DNA of 64,000 bases from Fervidobacterium sp. (GTDB lineage: Bacteria; Thermotogota; Thermotogae; Thermotogales; Fervidobacteriaceae), in contig JBMFNR010000003.1 of the NCBI GenBank assembly GCA_049970055.1, forward strand, positions 32,001 to 96,000. The letters are read 5' to 3'. A program made the position numbers and the translations under genes. Each line of letters opens with the position of its first letter. The first letter of the stretch is position 1. Below the pieces are notes generated by a model, which did no database searches, was not told where the DNA came from, and saw nothing but the letters and a program-made list of their open reading frames with translations. Shown here piece after piece: positions 19,081-29,090 of the stretch.

Positions 19081-19831
19081 TTGACTTACTAACAAAGTCT
19101 GCCACCTCTTTTAACTTTTCAACAGCGTTCGCTACAGCAATTTTTGTACCTGCGACTTCGAACATGAATAAATCATTTTCGTTATCGCCAAAAACTACTG
19201 TATTTTTCAACTCAAATCCCAAGTGCTCTGCTAAAAATTTAAGAGCGATACCTTTATTCGCATCCGATGGTACTATATCCAGAAAGATCGAAAAACTTTT
19301 AAAAACATTTGCTTTCTGATAAACGATGTTTTTCAGATCTGGCATGAATGAATCGAGTAATTCGGGATCGCCGATACCAAGCATTTTTATAGGTGGTTTT
19401 TTGATTGATTTCAAATCTTCTACTACAGTGTACGGAACATCTGCATGTTTCGCATATAGCTTTATTTCATCATCATCTTTCTCGGTTATCAATATATCAT
19501 CTACGTAGCTTTGCACATGAACATTTTTAGCCCTGAAGAAATCGATAACTTTGTGTGCTGTCTGCAAATCCAAAGTTTTTTCGAAGACAAAGCCTTTTTT
19601 TGGTATGTATACAACGGCTCCATTGTACGATACTATAGGAAATATGTCGCTTCTAAAAACGCTATCAAGCAATTTTTTTGCGGAAATATGCATTCTTCCT
19701 GTTGCAAAGATAACCTTATCACCTTTTTTAATGATATTTGATATTAATTCTTTGGTTTCCGATGGAAATTCGTTTTTTTGATTCAAAATAGTTCCATCAA
19801 GGTCAAATATGAAAACTTTTTTCATATACAT
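19022..19831 (-). CDS. Cof-type HAD-IIB hydrolase
   Basis: DLDGT, ATGR, NGA, NKG and FGDNEND..M. Confidence 0.9.
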   Translation of the reverse strand: MYMKKVFIFDLDGTILNQKNEFPSETKELISNIIKKGDKVIFATGRMHISAKKLLDSVFRSDIFPIVSYNGAVVYIPKKGFVFEKTLDLQTAHKVIDFFRAKNVHVQSYVDDILITEKDDDEIKLYAKHADVPYTVVEDLKSIKKPPIKMLGIGDPELLDSFMPDLKNIVYQKANVFKSFSIFLDIVPSDANKGIALKFLAEHLGFELKNTVVFGDNENDLFMFEVAGTKIAVANAVEKLKEVADFVSKSNEENGVYFAFAQLFPEYLD

Positions 19832-20621
19832 TCCTCCACAACGTCAAGAATTCTTCTTCCGTCAAGTCTTCCGGTCTTGCAAATTGTGTTATATTTCCAA
19901 GTATCTCAGGTATTAGCTCTTTAGAAATTCCCATTGCTTTAAGGTTATTTACGATGGTTTTTCTTTTCTGAGAGAATGCATTTGAAACGAAGATCCAGTA
20001 GCTTTCAAGTTCTTTCATATCTGTAAATGGAAAGTTGTCCTTTTTTTTGATTCTTAGTACAACGCTGTCAACGTCTGGATTGGGAACAAACGCACTCTTC
20101 GGAACTAAAAGTAGCTTTTCAACATGTGAAACTGTTTGAAGTACGACAGTTAAAAACCCCCTGTTTGAACTGCCAGGTCTTTCAAGTAGTCGTTCGCCTA
20201 CTTCCTTTTGCATCATTATTATAAGGCTATGGAAGCTTGTAAATAATAGTTTTTTCAGTATTGGAGCCGTTATGTAATACGGGATGTTTGACACGCATTT
20301 GTAGTTACTTGGAAGAAAAGACAAATCAAGTTCAAGAAAATCAGAAAAAATTATATGGACATTGTTAAAGCCTTCGGTCCGTTCTTTTAAAATAGGTTCC
20401 ATGCGTTTGTCGATTTCTATAGCAAAAACAATTGCACCGGTCTGTGCCAGCGCAATTGTTAAGGTCCCTGCTCCTGCACCTATTTCAAGAATTGTGTCAT
20501 CTTTTGATATTCCGGATAATTTGACTATTTTTTCTGCGTATATCTCATTTGATAGAAAATTTTGACCCAAAGATTTTTTCAACGGCAAACCATATTTTCT
20601 CAGGTAATCCGATGTTTTCAG
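19803..20621 (-). CDS. rsmA: 16S rRNA dimethyladenosine transferase
   Basis: GQNFL, EIGAGAG, EID, SNIPYYIT, QKEV and PDVDS. The frame is open back to a CTG at 20621. Confidence 0.92.
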   Translation of the reverse strand: MKTSDYLRKYGLPLKKSLGQNFLSNEIYAEKIVKLSGISKDDTILEIGAGAGTLTIALAQTGAIVFAIEIDKRMEPILKERTEGFNNVHIIFSDFLELDLSFLPSNYKCVSNIPYYITAPILKKLLFTSFHSLIIMMQKEVGERLLERPGSSNRGFLTVVLQTVSHVEKLLLVPKSAFVPNPDVDSVVLRIKKKDNFPFTDMKELESYWIFVSNAFSQKRKTIVNNLKAMGISKELIPEILGNITQFARPEDLTEEEFLTLWRNVYEKSFHI

Positions 20622-21263
20622 TTACTTTTTCACCCTCTCAACAACAATTCCATTTGAGTATTCCATTTTGACAATTCCAAATTTGTCTGCTGTGATAAGT
20701 ATCTGCGTATTTTCGTAAGTAAACGAGTACCTACCATCCACAAGCCTTTTCAGTTGTGCTATTCCTGTTGCTTTTTCAGTTTTAGAAGGATCAAATAACG
20801 CTTGTGGAATTATTATATTCATAACAGGTTTGGGGGTTCTCAACATCATTTCAAAGTGTGGAATGATAAAGTTGTTATCCAAAATCACAAGATCGGGTGT
20901 GTTAAAGTTAAACGTTTTAACTGAAGGAGACTTGGGATCATAGTACAGATAAAGTGTAACTGAAGTTCTTCCGGATTTATTTGTACCAAGGATTTTTGCT
21001 ACTATTTCGTCGTTTGTTTTAAAAGTTGCTTCATAAATTTGGAACATTCCACTTCTGGTGTATACAGTTCTTGTTTCAACTGTGTATTTTTCGCCATATT
21101 CTATCTCACTGACACTAATCCAACCATTTTTTGACTGTTCCACTTTGATTGTCCCAAGTTTCATGTTATCAACTTTAACAACATATTCAGCAGCCATTAG
21201 TTGAGCAGATAATATTAATACCAATAAAAATAATAGCGTATAGCCTACTTTCTTTATTTCCAT
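20622..21263 (-). CDS. Hypothetical secreted protein
   Basis: GGAGGTGG RBS, signal peptide and a beta-rich mature region. Confidence 0.7.
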   Translation of the reverse strand: MEIKKVGYTLLFLLVLILSAQLMAAEYVVKVDNMKLGTIKVEQSKNGWISVSEIEYGEKYTVETRTVYTRSGMFQIYEATFKTNDEIVAKILGTNKSGRTSVTLYLYYDPKSPSVKTFNFNTPDLVILDNNFIIPHFEMMLRTPKPVMNIIIPQALFDPSKTEKATGIAQLKRLVDGRYSFTYENTQILITADKFGIVKMEYSNGIVVERVKK

Positions 21264-21319
21264 CCTAACCACCTCCAGTGGTATGATACCACTGAATCCT
21301 TAAAATTTCATTAGAATTC

Positions 21320-22615
21320 TCAAAAATCTAAAATCTTTGTTATTTCTCCATAAAGAGGTCCTGCTGAGATCCTATTGACCTTAACAATGACGCTCTTTCC
21401 AATCAATTCATTGGAAGCTTCAAAAGATATTATTTTATTTCTTATATCCCTTCCATAAAACAATCGATTTTTGGCTTGAGCCTCAACTATAACTTCGACT
21501 TCCCTACCAATGTAATCTTTGTTCAATTCTTTGTTTATCATCTTTTGTAAGTTTAGCAAGTAAGACATCCTCCTAACTTTCGTTTGGTGTGGTACGTCAT
21601 CTTTAAGGTATTTCCAAGCGACTGTACCTTCGCGAGGCGAGTAAATTGCGAGATTTAACCTTTCAAATTTGATGGTTTTCACAAGTTCTATTGTATCTTC
21701 AAAATCCTGATCTGTCTCACCGGGGAATCCAACTATTATATCGCTTGATATGGAAGCATCTGGTACTAATTTCCTGATTTCTTTAATTAATTCGATATAC
21801 TCTTGACGTGTGTACTTTCTATTCATTGCTTTTAAAACTTTGTCACTTCCGTGTTGAACTGGAAGATGTATAGAACGCGCAACTTTATCTGTTTTTAACA
21901 TTACTTTTGGAATTTCCAAAGAAAAATCGGTAGGATAGGATGTTAAAAACCATAATCTTTTAACACCTTCTATTTGAGAAGCTTCGTCCAGTAGTTTGGC
22001 AAGCGTTGTACCGTCGTTGAGATCTTTACCGTAAGCATCAACATTTTGACCAAGAAACGTAAATTCTTTGTATCCATTTTGTACAAGAGTTTCGACTTCT
22101 TTCAGCACACTTCTCATGGGGCGTGATTTTTCTCTGCCACGTGTGTATGGAACGATACAGTATGTACAAAATCTATCGCAACCATATATTATCGTTACCC
22201 AAGCATGGTGTTTCGAAAAGCGGGTATCAACTTTTTCATATTCTATTTCTTCTAACATATCATCTATATAAATTTGCTTATTACCATCCTTTAAATTCTT
22301 TATTGCTTCAGGAACCTTTGCAAGTGCACGCGTTCCGATAACAAAAGAAACTCCCCTTTTAAAGAGATTTTCTTTTTCCTTTTCGGCAACACATCCCATT
22401 ATACCTATTTTCTTGTTCTTTTTTCTTAGCTTTCCGATGTGGCTGTATACCTTTTCTTCAGATTTTTTTCTCACCGCACATGTATTTAAAATAACAACAT
22501 CCGCATCGTCTTCACTTTCTGTTAATTCAAAACTCTCATCTTTCAGAAGTTGTTTAACAATCTCCGTATCGTTCTCGTTCATTTGGCAGCCGTATGTAAA
22601 TATGTGAACTTTCAT
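21320..22615 (-). CDS. miaB: tRNA methylthiotransferase MiaB
   Basis: TYGCQMN, NTCAVR, radical SAM motif [15 protein letters not shown] and a C-terminal TRAM domain. Confidence 0.92.
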   Translation of the reverse strand: MKVHIFTYGCQMNENDTEIVKQLLKDESFELTESEDDADVVILNTCAVRKKSEEKVYSHIGKLRKKNKKIGIMGCVAEKEKENLFKRGVSFVIGTRALAKVPEAIKNLKDGNKQIYIDDMLEEIEYEKVDTRFSKHHAWVTIIYGCDRFCTYCIVPYTRGREKSRPMRSVLKEVETLVQNGYKEFTFLGQNVDAYGKDLNDGTTLAKLLDEASQIEGVKRLWFLTSYPTDFSLEIPKVMLKTDKVARSIHLPVQHGSDKVLKAMNRKYTRQEYIELIKEIRKLVPDASISSDIIVGFPGETDQDFEDTIELVKTIKFERLNLAIYSPREGTVAWKYLKDDVPHQTKVRRMSYLLNLQKMINKELNKDYIGREVEVIVEAQAKNRLFYGRDIRNKIISFEASNELIGKSVIVKVNRISAGPLYGEITKILDF

Positions 22616-22657
22616 CTATGTCCTCCTTCGTTTATCCTTAATCGATCCTAGAAAATT

Positions 22658-23263
22658 TTAAACCAAGTTTTGCACAAATTCAACTACTACTTCTATGGCT
22701 TTTTCATTATACCCACCTTTCGGTATTATTATGTCAGCGTGTTTTTTGGTTGGTTCAACATAGGCATCATGCATTGGTTTAACGGTATTCAGGTACTGGT
22801 TAATCACAGATTCTATAGTCCTACCACGTTCAAAAATATCCCGTTGAAATCTTCTTATGAATCTTTCGTCGCCTTCAGCATCAACAAAGATTTTTAAATC
22901 CGCTAATGCGCGAATTTCTTCATAATAAAGAGCGAAAATGCCCTCTATTAAAAGGATAGGTTTTGGGTCAACTTTTGTGAATTGTTGCGTTCTTGTGTAT
23001 TGAGCAAAATCATACTCTGGTAATTCGATGGAATTACCCGATAATAGTTCTTTTACATGCCTGACTATGAGTGTGTGTTCTATCATGTCTGGATGGTCGT
23101 AGTTGTATTTTTTCCTTTCTTCCAAAGGTACATGTGACATATCTTTGTAGTAATTATCCATCGGTAGCATAACACACTTATTATTGCCTAGTCTTTCCAT
23201 TATTTTCTTCGCTACAGTGGTCTTCCCAGATCCTGTGCCACCACCGATCAGTATAATGTACAT
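22658..23263 (-). CDS. udk: Uridine kinase
   Basis: GGTGSGKTT, DNYY, NYDHP, RRFQRD..ERGR, VKPMH and ADIIIP. Confidence 0.92.
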   Translation of the reverse strand: MYIILIGGGTGSGKTTVAKKIMERLGNNKCVMLPMDNYYKDMSHVPLEERKKYNYDHPDMIEHTLIVRHVKELLSGNSIELPEYDFAQYTRTQQFTKVDPKPILLIEGIFALYYEEIRALADLKIFVDAEGDERFIRRFQRDIFERGRTIESVINQYLNTVKPMHDAYVEPTKKHADIIIPKGGYNEKAIEVVVEFVQNLV

Positions 23264-23277
23264 AAATTTCACCTCAA

Positions 23278-24381
23278 CTACTTAGAAAATTTTTTCCTTA
23301 CGAAAGCTACTGCGGCTTCAAGAGAGGCCCCGCGCTCAACAGCATCAGCAACGTTGCCGTAAACGATGCGTACATCGAAATTTTTCGAAAGTTCATTTAT
23401 TCGCCTTTCAATACTTTTTGAGAGCCACTCCGATGCACCTTCTCCGTAAAGAGTTATCTCGTTTATGTTTAATATTATGCTTATGTTGCCAATAACAAAT
23501 GCAAGGTTATCTATGACATCTCTATAAATTTCCATCGCGCGTTTCTCATCATACTTGTACAAATTTCTGATGGTTTTTAAAGTGTTCCAGTATTTCTCTT
23601 CATTCTCTATAAATTCGATAAAACTTATACGATCATTCAAATAATTACTTACCGCAACGTAATCAGATGCTACTGTTTCAAGGCAACCTTTTGCACCACA
23701 ATAACATAGTTCTTGACTTTTGAAATAGATATGACCAAGGGGAATATTTTTGAACTCATCGCGTGTAAATAAAGCATGATATTCGTAATAACATGCTCCT
23801 ATACCTGTCCCATAATTGATAACAAGGACTCTTTCTTTATTTGATTTCTTTGATTCATACGCAGCGATGGCTTCGACATCGGAAAGAATAACAAAAGGAA
23901 CACCCAAACTTTTTAACTTTAATGCTTTTGTTGGGTCGTACTTATTAAGTTTAAGAATATGCGAGTAAACCTTGTCATCTTTTACACTGCCAGAGAAAGC
24001 TATTCCTATGCTATCATAGTCGTAAAATTTGCCAGTTGTTTTCCTCAGCAAGTTTGTAATACCTTCAGGCGACAAATCTTGGTGCTTAACACGCTGTTCT
24101 GAGCGTTCTATCTCTTCTCCTTTGGCATTGTACAATACTGCACGTACTTTTTCTCGGCCAACACTGATGGCAAGAACTTTCCAAGCATTCTTTGAAAGTG
24201 CAATAAAGTGAGGGGGCTTACCGAGGTTGGTATTCCCCTCTTCTATTTCTACGTACCCTTTTAGTTTATCCAGTAGATAAGTCATAGTGGAAGGTGTTAT
24301 ACCTATAAGATCTTCAAGTTCTTTTCTTTTTATGATTTTATTTCGAAGCACTTGAAGTAAAATCTTTGCCTCATTCTTCAA
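23278..24381 (-). CDS. ROK-family transcriptional regulator
   Basis: N-terminal winged HTH (GITPSTMT..GKPP), GTGIG and GH..CYCGAKGCLET. Confidence 0.85.
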   Translation of the reverse strand: MKNEAKILLQVLRNKIIKRKELEDLIGITPSTMTYLLDKLKGYVEIEEGNTNLGKPPHFIALSKNAWKVLAISVGREKVRAVLYNAKGEEIERSEQRVKHQDLSPEGITNLLRKTTGKFYDYDSIGIAFSGSVKDDKVYSHILKLNKYDPTKALKLKSLGVPFVILSDVEAIAAYESKKSNKERVLVINYGTGIGACYYEYHALFTRDEFKNIPLGHIYFKSQELCYCGAKGCLETVASDYVAVSNYLNDRISFIEFIENEEKYWNTLKTIRNLYKYDEKRAMEIYRDVIDNLAFVIGNISIILNINEITLYGEGASEWLSKSIERRINELSKNFDVRIVYGNVADAVERGASLEAAVAFVRKKFSK

Positions 24382-24396
24382 TGGTATTCCCCCAAA

Positions 24397-25617
24397 CTAT
24401 TCATTAACCACGTCCTTAATTACTTCGAGATATCGTTTCACGTGGGCCGTAGATAGGTATGTGGTTCTTACCTTCTCTTTTGCTTTTGCACCCATTTCTT
24501 CGAGTAATTTCTTATTTTCAAGTAATTGAATTATCGAATAGGCAAGTTCATCCACATTATTTCTGAGAAAACCATTCACGCCATCGTCTATTTGTATTTT
24601 AACACCACCAACAGGCCTTGCAACTACGGGATGTTCTTTCCACATCATTTCACTAATAACAAGTCCAAAACCTTCTCTAACAGCAGTGTGTAGGCCAACT
24701 GTTGATAATCTTTGTATTCCATTTACTTCAAGGTGTCCAACACCTTTCAGATCTGTAAGGAAGAGTATATCTTTATCCGTGCCAGCGTATCGTAAAACAT
24801 CCTCAAAGAAGATCCAACCTTCTGGATCATCTTTTGCCATTGCTGAAACAATAGCGAGCTGTACGTCGTATTTTTCTCTAACTTTCCGATAAACATCGAT
24901 TGCTGAGAAAAGATCTTTCCAAGGGTCGAATCTTGCGACAACTGTTAAAAGAGGTTTGGACAAATCAATTCTATATTCTTTTACAATCTTTTCAAGCTCT
25001 TCTTTCGTCATTTCCCTGTTCTTTGAACTTAGCGGATCGATACTTGGTGGGAATTCAACAGCAATTTTGTCAAAAGGTTCTCTCACGTAATCCATTATGT
25101 GGAACAAAGCTTTTTTGTAAACGGTCATTTTAGAAGTTAATCTATTCCACACCTTCAAATTCGGAGTACTTGTATCTATGTGGCATCTCCAAATATATTT
25201 CGTATTTTGATTTTTGTAAAGAGGAATGTACGCTGGTTGTGGATCATGGATTATCACAATATCAGCGATTAAATTCAATTTCTTTGCGTTTTCTTCATTG
25301 ACTTTTTCGTACAAGTTCCATTCTTCGTCCGTAATTTCAATATCGGCTCCTTGGAGAGCATTATGTAGCTTCTTGGTAACGTTAAAAAATTCCATCGGTG
25401 CCTCGAGTACTTCCCAATAAGCATCGATTCCCGCATCCCTCATGAGTGGTACAATTGTCATTAGCAGCTCAGCCACACCTCCGCCGTAAGCAGTTGCGTT
25501 TACATGCACCACTTTCAATCCCTTAAGCTCTTTTCCAATTTCGAATATCTTTTCAACATCTTCTCTCGCAAATACACTGTAATCACTTAGTTTCTTAGCA
25601 GGTAGTTCTACCGTCAT
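24397..25617 (-). CDS. treT: Trehalose synthase (TreT-type GT4 glycosyltransferase)
   Basis: HVNATAYGGGVAE, FFNVTKKLHNALQG, IHDPQP, WRCHID, RFDPWK and REGFGL. ATG at 25617 after GGGAGG. Confidence 0.85.
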   Translation of the reverse strand: MTVELPAKKLSDYSVFAREDVEKIFEIGKELKGLKVVHVNATAYGGGVAELLMTIVPLMRDAGIDAYWEVLEAPMEFFNVTKKLHNALQGADIEITDEEWNLYEKVNEENAKKLNLIADIVIIHDPQPAYIPLYKNQNTKYIWRCHIDTSTPNLKVWNRLTSKMTVYKKALFHIMDYVREPFDKIAVEFPPSIDPLSSKNREMTKEELEKIVKEYRIDLSKPLLTVVARFDPWKDLFSAIDVYRKVREKYDVQLAIVSAMAKDDPEGWIFFEDVLRYAGTDKDILFLTDLKGVGHLEVNGIQRLSTVGLHTAVREGFGLVISEMMWKEHPVVARPVGGVKIQIDDGVNGFLRNNVDELAYSIIQLLENKKLLEEMGAKAKEKVRTTYLSTAHVKRYLEVIKDVVNE

Positions 25618-25688
25618 CTTAACAACCTCCCTTGACTCAAAATGACTAATCATTTTACTGTGGAACATTTTTATTGTTTCCATTGGTT

Positions 25689-25705
25689 TATTCGAATTTC
25701 GAATA
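25689..25705. promoter_or_regulatory. Palindromic operator, probable ROK site
   Basis: TATTCGAA-T-TTCGAATA upstream of treT; a related copy lies at 25898-25914. Confidence 0.6.
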
Positions 25706-25944
25706 TTTGCTATCCATAATTGTATAACATGAGATGGGAAAAATACTATAGCAAAATTAGGTAATTTCTTGTAAAAATCATGCAAATGTTTGATTTAATT
25801 CCAACTTTACTGTGTATATCTATGTATTGTATTATTTTTCTTCTATTAATAGCGTTTTGTAGTTGGGAACTAGTCGTGATATATTTATGTATGGATAAAT
25901 TAGATTTTCGAAAATACCCACACTAACTATTGGGAGGTGTTTGT

Positions 25945-27189
25945 ATGAAGAGGTTTATATTCGTTGTTTTGTTGCTAGTTCTTTCGGTGGTATCGTTTTC
26001 GAGAGTAACGATCACTATGACAGCTGGTGCGGTTGGTAAGGAACTTGAAGTGCTTTATGCGCAACTTGACAGGTTCATGAAAGCAAACCCAGACATAAAG
26101 GTTTCAGTCATGCCAATGCCAAACTCATCAACGGAAAGACATGATTTGTATGTTACCTACTTAGCATCTGGTGAGAAGGAACCAACAGTACTCATGCTTG
26201 ATGTCATCTGGCCGGCAGAATTTGCTACATATCTTGAGGATTTAACAGCAGATAAGGATTACTTTGAACTCAATAATTTCCTCCCAGGTACTGTTAAAGC
26301 TGCAACAGTAAATGGAAAAATTGTTGCTGTGCCATGGTTCACGGATGCAGGTATGCTTTATTACAGAAAAGACTTACTAGAAAAATATGGATTCAAGAAC
26401 CCACCACAAACGTGGGATGAACTCGTTAAGATTGCAAAGACGATAACAGCAAAGGAAAAGAACATTGTTGGATTTGTGTGGCAAGGAGCAAGGTACGAAG
26501 GACTAGTATGTGACTTTATGGAGTACCTCGTATCTTTCGGCGGAGATGTACTAGATGACGCGGGAAATGTTGTCATTAACAGCCCAGCAGCTGTTAAAGC
26601 TTTGCAATTTATGGTTGATTTGATTTACAAAGAAAAAGTTTCCCCACAATCAGTTACAACATACATGGAAGAGGAAGCAAGAAGAAAATTCCAAAATGGA
26701 GAGGCAGTTTTCATGAGAAATTGGCCATACGCTTGGGCTCTTCTCAACGATCCAAAAGAATCGAAAGTTGCCGGTAAAGTTGGAGTTGCTCCTCTTCCAG
26801 CAGGTCCATCTGGAAAGTCCGCAGCAACGCTAGGTGGATGGATGCTTGGTATAAATAAGAATGCAACACCTGAAGAAAAAGCGGCAGCTAAGAAACTTGT
26901 GAAGTTCCTTACAAGTTACGATGAACAACTTTACAAAGCGATTAATGCAGGACAAAATCCAACGATGATAAGTGTTTATAAGAATCCAGAACTCAAGAAA
27001 GCTGCACCATTTATGGTTGAACTTTACGGAATGTTTATAAATGCAATACCAAGGCCAAGAACAGCGAAATACAGTGAAATCTCAGATGTGATTCAAAAGT
27101 ATGTTCACGCGGCTTTGACACAACAAACAGCTCCACAAAAAGCAATTGAAGATATGGCAAAGGAACTTAACAAGGTTCTTGGTAAATAA
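25945..27189 (+). CDS. Sugar ABC transporter substrate-binding protein (trehalose/maltose-like)
   Basis: Signal peptide; DVIWPAEFA, PWFTDAG, YEGL, FMRNWPYA and TLGGW. Confidence 0.88.
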   Translation: MKRFIFVVLLLVLSVVSFSRVTITMTAGAVGKELEVLYAQLDRFMKANPDIKVSVMPMPNSSTERHDLYVTYLASGEKEPTVLMLDVIWPAEFATYLEDLTADKDYFELNNFLPGTVKAATVNGKIVAVPWFTDAGMLYYRKDLLEKYGFKNPPQTWDELVKIAKTITAKEKNIVGFVWQGARYEGLVCDFMEYLVSFGGDVLDDAGNVVINSPAAVKALQFMVDLIYKEKVSPQSVTTYMEEEARRKFQNGEAVFMRNWPYAWALLNDPKESKVAGKVGVAPLPAGPSGKSAATLGGWMLGINKNATPEEKAAAKKLVKFLTSYDEQLYKAINAGQNPTMISVYKNPELKKAAPFMVELYGMFINAIPRPRTAKYSEISDVIQKYVHAALTQQTAPQKAIEDMAKELNKVLGK

Positions 27190-27217
27190 AATCTCCAGCT
27201 CCCAGTATCTTTTTTTG

Positions 27218-27242
27218 CCGGGGACAAAAGTCCCCGGTTTTT
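27218..27242 (+). terminator. Intra-operon stem-loop after the binding-protein gene
   Basis: CCGGGGAC-AAAA-GTCCCCGG followed by TTTTT. Confidence 0.7.
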
Positions 27243-27291
27243 GTAAGGTGAATGAATTTTTGTAAGACAGTAGGCTTTGGAGGTGAAGGCC

Positions 27292-28179
27292 TTGAAAGTT
27301 AAAACGAAGGAAACAGTGGTAGCCTGGTGGATGGTTTTTCCTGCACTGCTGGTCATATCCGTTATCGCTTTTTTTCCGCTTTTTAAGACTTTTTGTGACA
27401 GTTTCTACGAGTTTGGCTTGAGGCCTGATATAGAAAGGAAATTTGTCGGATTGGGTAATTACATTGAATTACTTAAAGACGAGAGATTTGTCGCTGCTCT
27501 CAAGAATACTATATTTTTTACTGCTGTGTCTGTTGCATTGGAAACCGTTCTGGGATTATTAATTGCTATCATTGTGCATCAACCATTTAAATTGAGAGGT
27601 TTAGTTAGGGCTGCTATGCTGATACCTTGGGCTATTCCAACGGCTATCTCTTCACAAATGTGGAAGTGGATGTTTAATGATCAAGGTGGTATCATAGCGA
27701 GGTGGCTTGAAAACTTGCATATAATCGAACCAAGTGTTCCTATACTTGGCACACCAGATACAGCTATGTGGGCTATAATAGCAGTGGATGTTTGGAAGAC
27801 AACACCATTTATGGCTCTTTTAATACTTGCAGGACTACAGCTCATATCGGAAGAGTTGTATGAGGCTGCAAGGATTGACGGGGCAAATGTATGGCAAAGA
27901 TTCACAAAGATAACCATCCCCATGCTTAGGCAAACTATCGCTGTTGCACTTATATTCAGAACACTTGATGCTTTAAGAGTTTTTGACGTTGTGTTTATCA
28001 TGACTCGTGGAAGTGTAAATACAGAGACTTTGGCAGTTTACAACCGTGTATTGTTAATGGATAGAGCATTCACAGGTGCTTGGTTTGGATATGGTTCCGC
28101 GCTTTCTGTTATAATTTTCATTCTCATTTCTATTTTTGCCGTAATATACATAAAATCTCTTAAACTTCAGCTGGATTAG
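27292..28179 (+). CDS. Sugar ABC permease (MalF-like)
   Basis: FVGLGNY, DVWKTTPF and the EAA motif LYEAARIDGA. Confidence 0.9.
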   Translation: MKVKTKETVVAWWMVFPALLVISVIAFFPLFKTFCDSFYEFGLRPDIERKFVGLGNYIELLKDERFVAALKNTIFFTAVSVALETVLGLLIAIIVHQPFKLRGLVRAAMLIPWAIPTAISSQMWKWMFNDQGGIIARWLENLHIIEPSVPILGTPDTAMWAIIAVDVWKTTPFMALLILAGLQLISEELYEAARIDGANVWQRFTKITIPMLRQTIAVALIFRTLDALRVFDVVFIMTRGSVNTETLAVYNRVLLMDRAFTGAWFGYGSALSVIIFILISIFAVIYIKSLKLQLD

Positions 28180-28222
28180 GTGTATTTTTATACTAATACG
28201 CGAGGAGAATGGGGTGAATGAA

Positions 28223-29068
28223 ATGTCAACTAAAACCAAGAAGATAATATACAATTTAATACTTACTCTATCAGTAATTTTTATACTTTTTTGGTGTATA
28301 TTCCCATTTTACTGGGCGGTAGTTTCTTCGTTCAAACCAAATATAGAGTTGTTCGATTCTAATCCTTCACTTTGGCCAAAATCACCTACATTTTCAAATT
28401 ATGTAAAAGTCTTTCAGGAAAGACCATTTCATGTGAATATTATCAATAGTATTGTTGTCGCTGGAACAACAACGTTAATGACGTTGATATTTGGTTCGTT
28501 CGCAGGATACGCGATAGCTAGACTAAGAATGAAGGGCAAGGGTATTGTCATGGCTTTGATCCTTTCGGTTAGTATGTTTCCACAAATATCGATACTTGGT
28601 TCTTTGTTTGTGATTTTGAGAAAGCTAGGTTTTATAAATACGTATCAAGGGCTTATTCTTCCTTATGTTGCTATAACTCTTCCTTTAACAACATGGATCT
28701 TGCAAAACTTTTTCAGAGATTTACCAAAAGAAATAGAAGAGGCAGCAGCAATAGATGGATGTTCAAGATTGAGAACCTTATTCCAAATAGTCTTTCCAAT
28801 GTCCGCACCTGGACTTGTCGCAACAGGGTTGTTAACTTTCATCAGTGCGTGGAATGAGTTCTTATTTGCCTTTACTTTCATGCAAAAGCCCGATCTTTAC
28901 ACTGTGCCTGTGGCGATAGCAATGTTCGCTGGTAGAAGCCAATATGAACAACCATGGGGGCAATTAATGGCGGCGGCTGTTATAGTAACTGTACCTCTTG
29001 TTGTGCTTGTTTTGATATTCCAAAATAGGATCATCGCTGGGTTGAGTTCTGGCGCTGTAAAAGGATAG
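28223..29068 (+). CDS. Sugar ABC permease (MalG-like)
   Basis: EEAAAIDG, WNEFLFA and GAVKG C-terminus. Confidence 0.9.
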   Translation: MSTKTKKIIYNLILTLSVIFILFWCIFPFYWAVVSSFKPNIELFDSNPSLWPKSPTFSNYVKVFQERPFHVNIINSIVVAGTTTLMTLIFGSFAGYAIARLRMKGKGIVMALILSVSMFPQISILGSLFVILRKLGFINTYQGLILPYVAITLPLTTWILQNFFRDLPKEIEEAAAIDGCSRLRTLFQIVFPMSAPGLVATGLLTFISAWNEFLFAFTFMQKPDLYTVPVAIAMFAGRSQYEQPWGQLMAAAVIVTVPLVVLVLIFQNRIIAGLSSGAVKG

Positions 29069-29090
29069 TCTACTTTTTGGAGGTTGGAAG

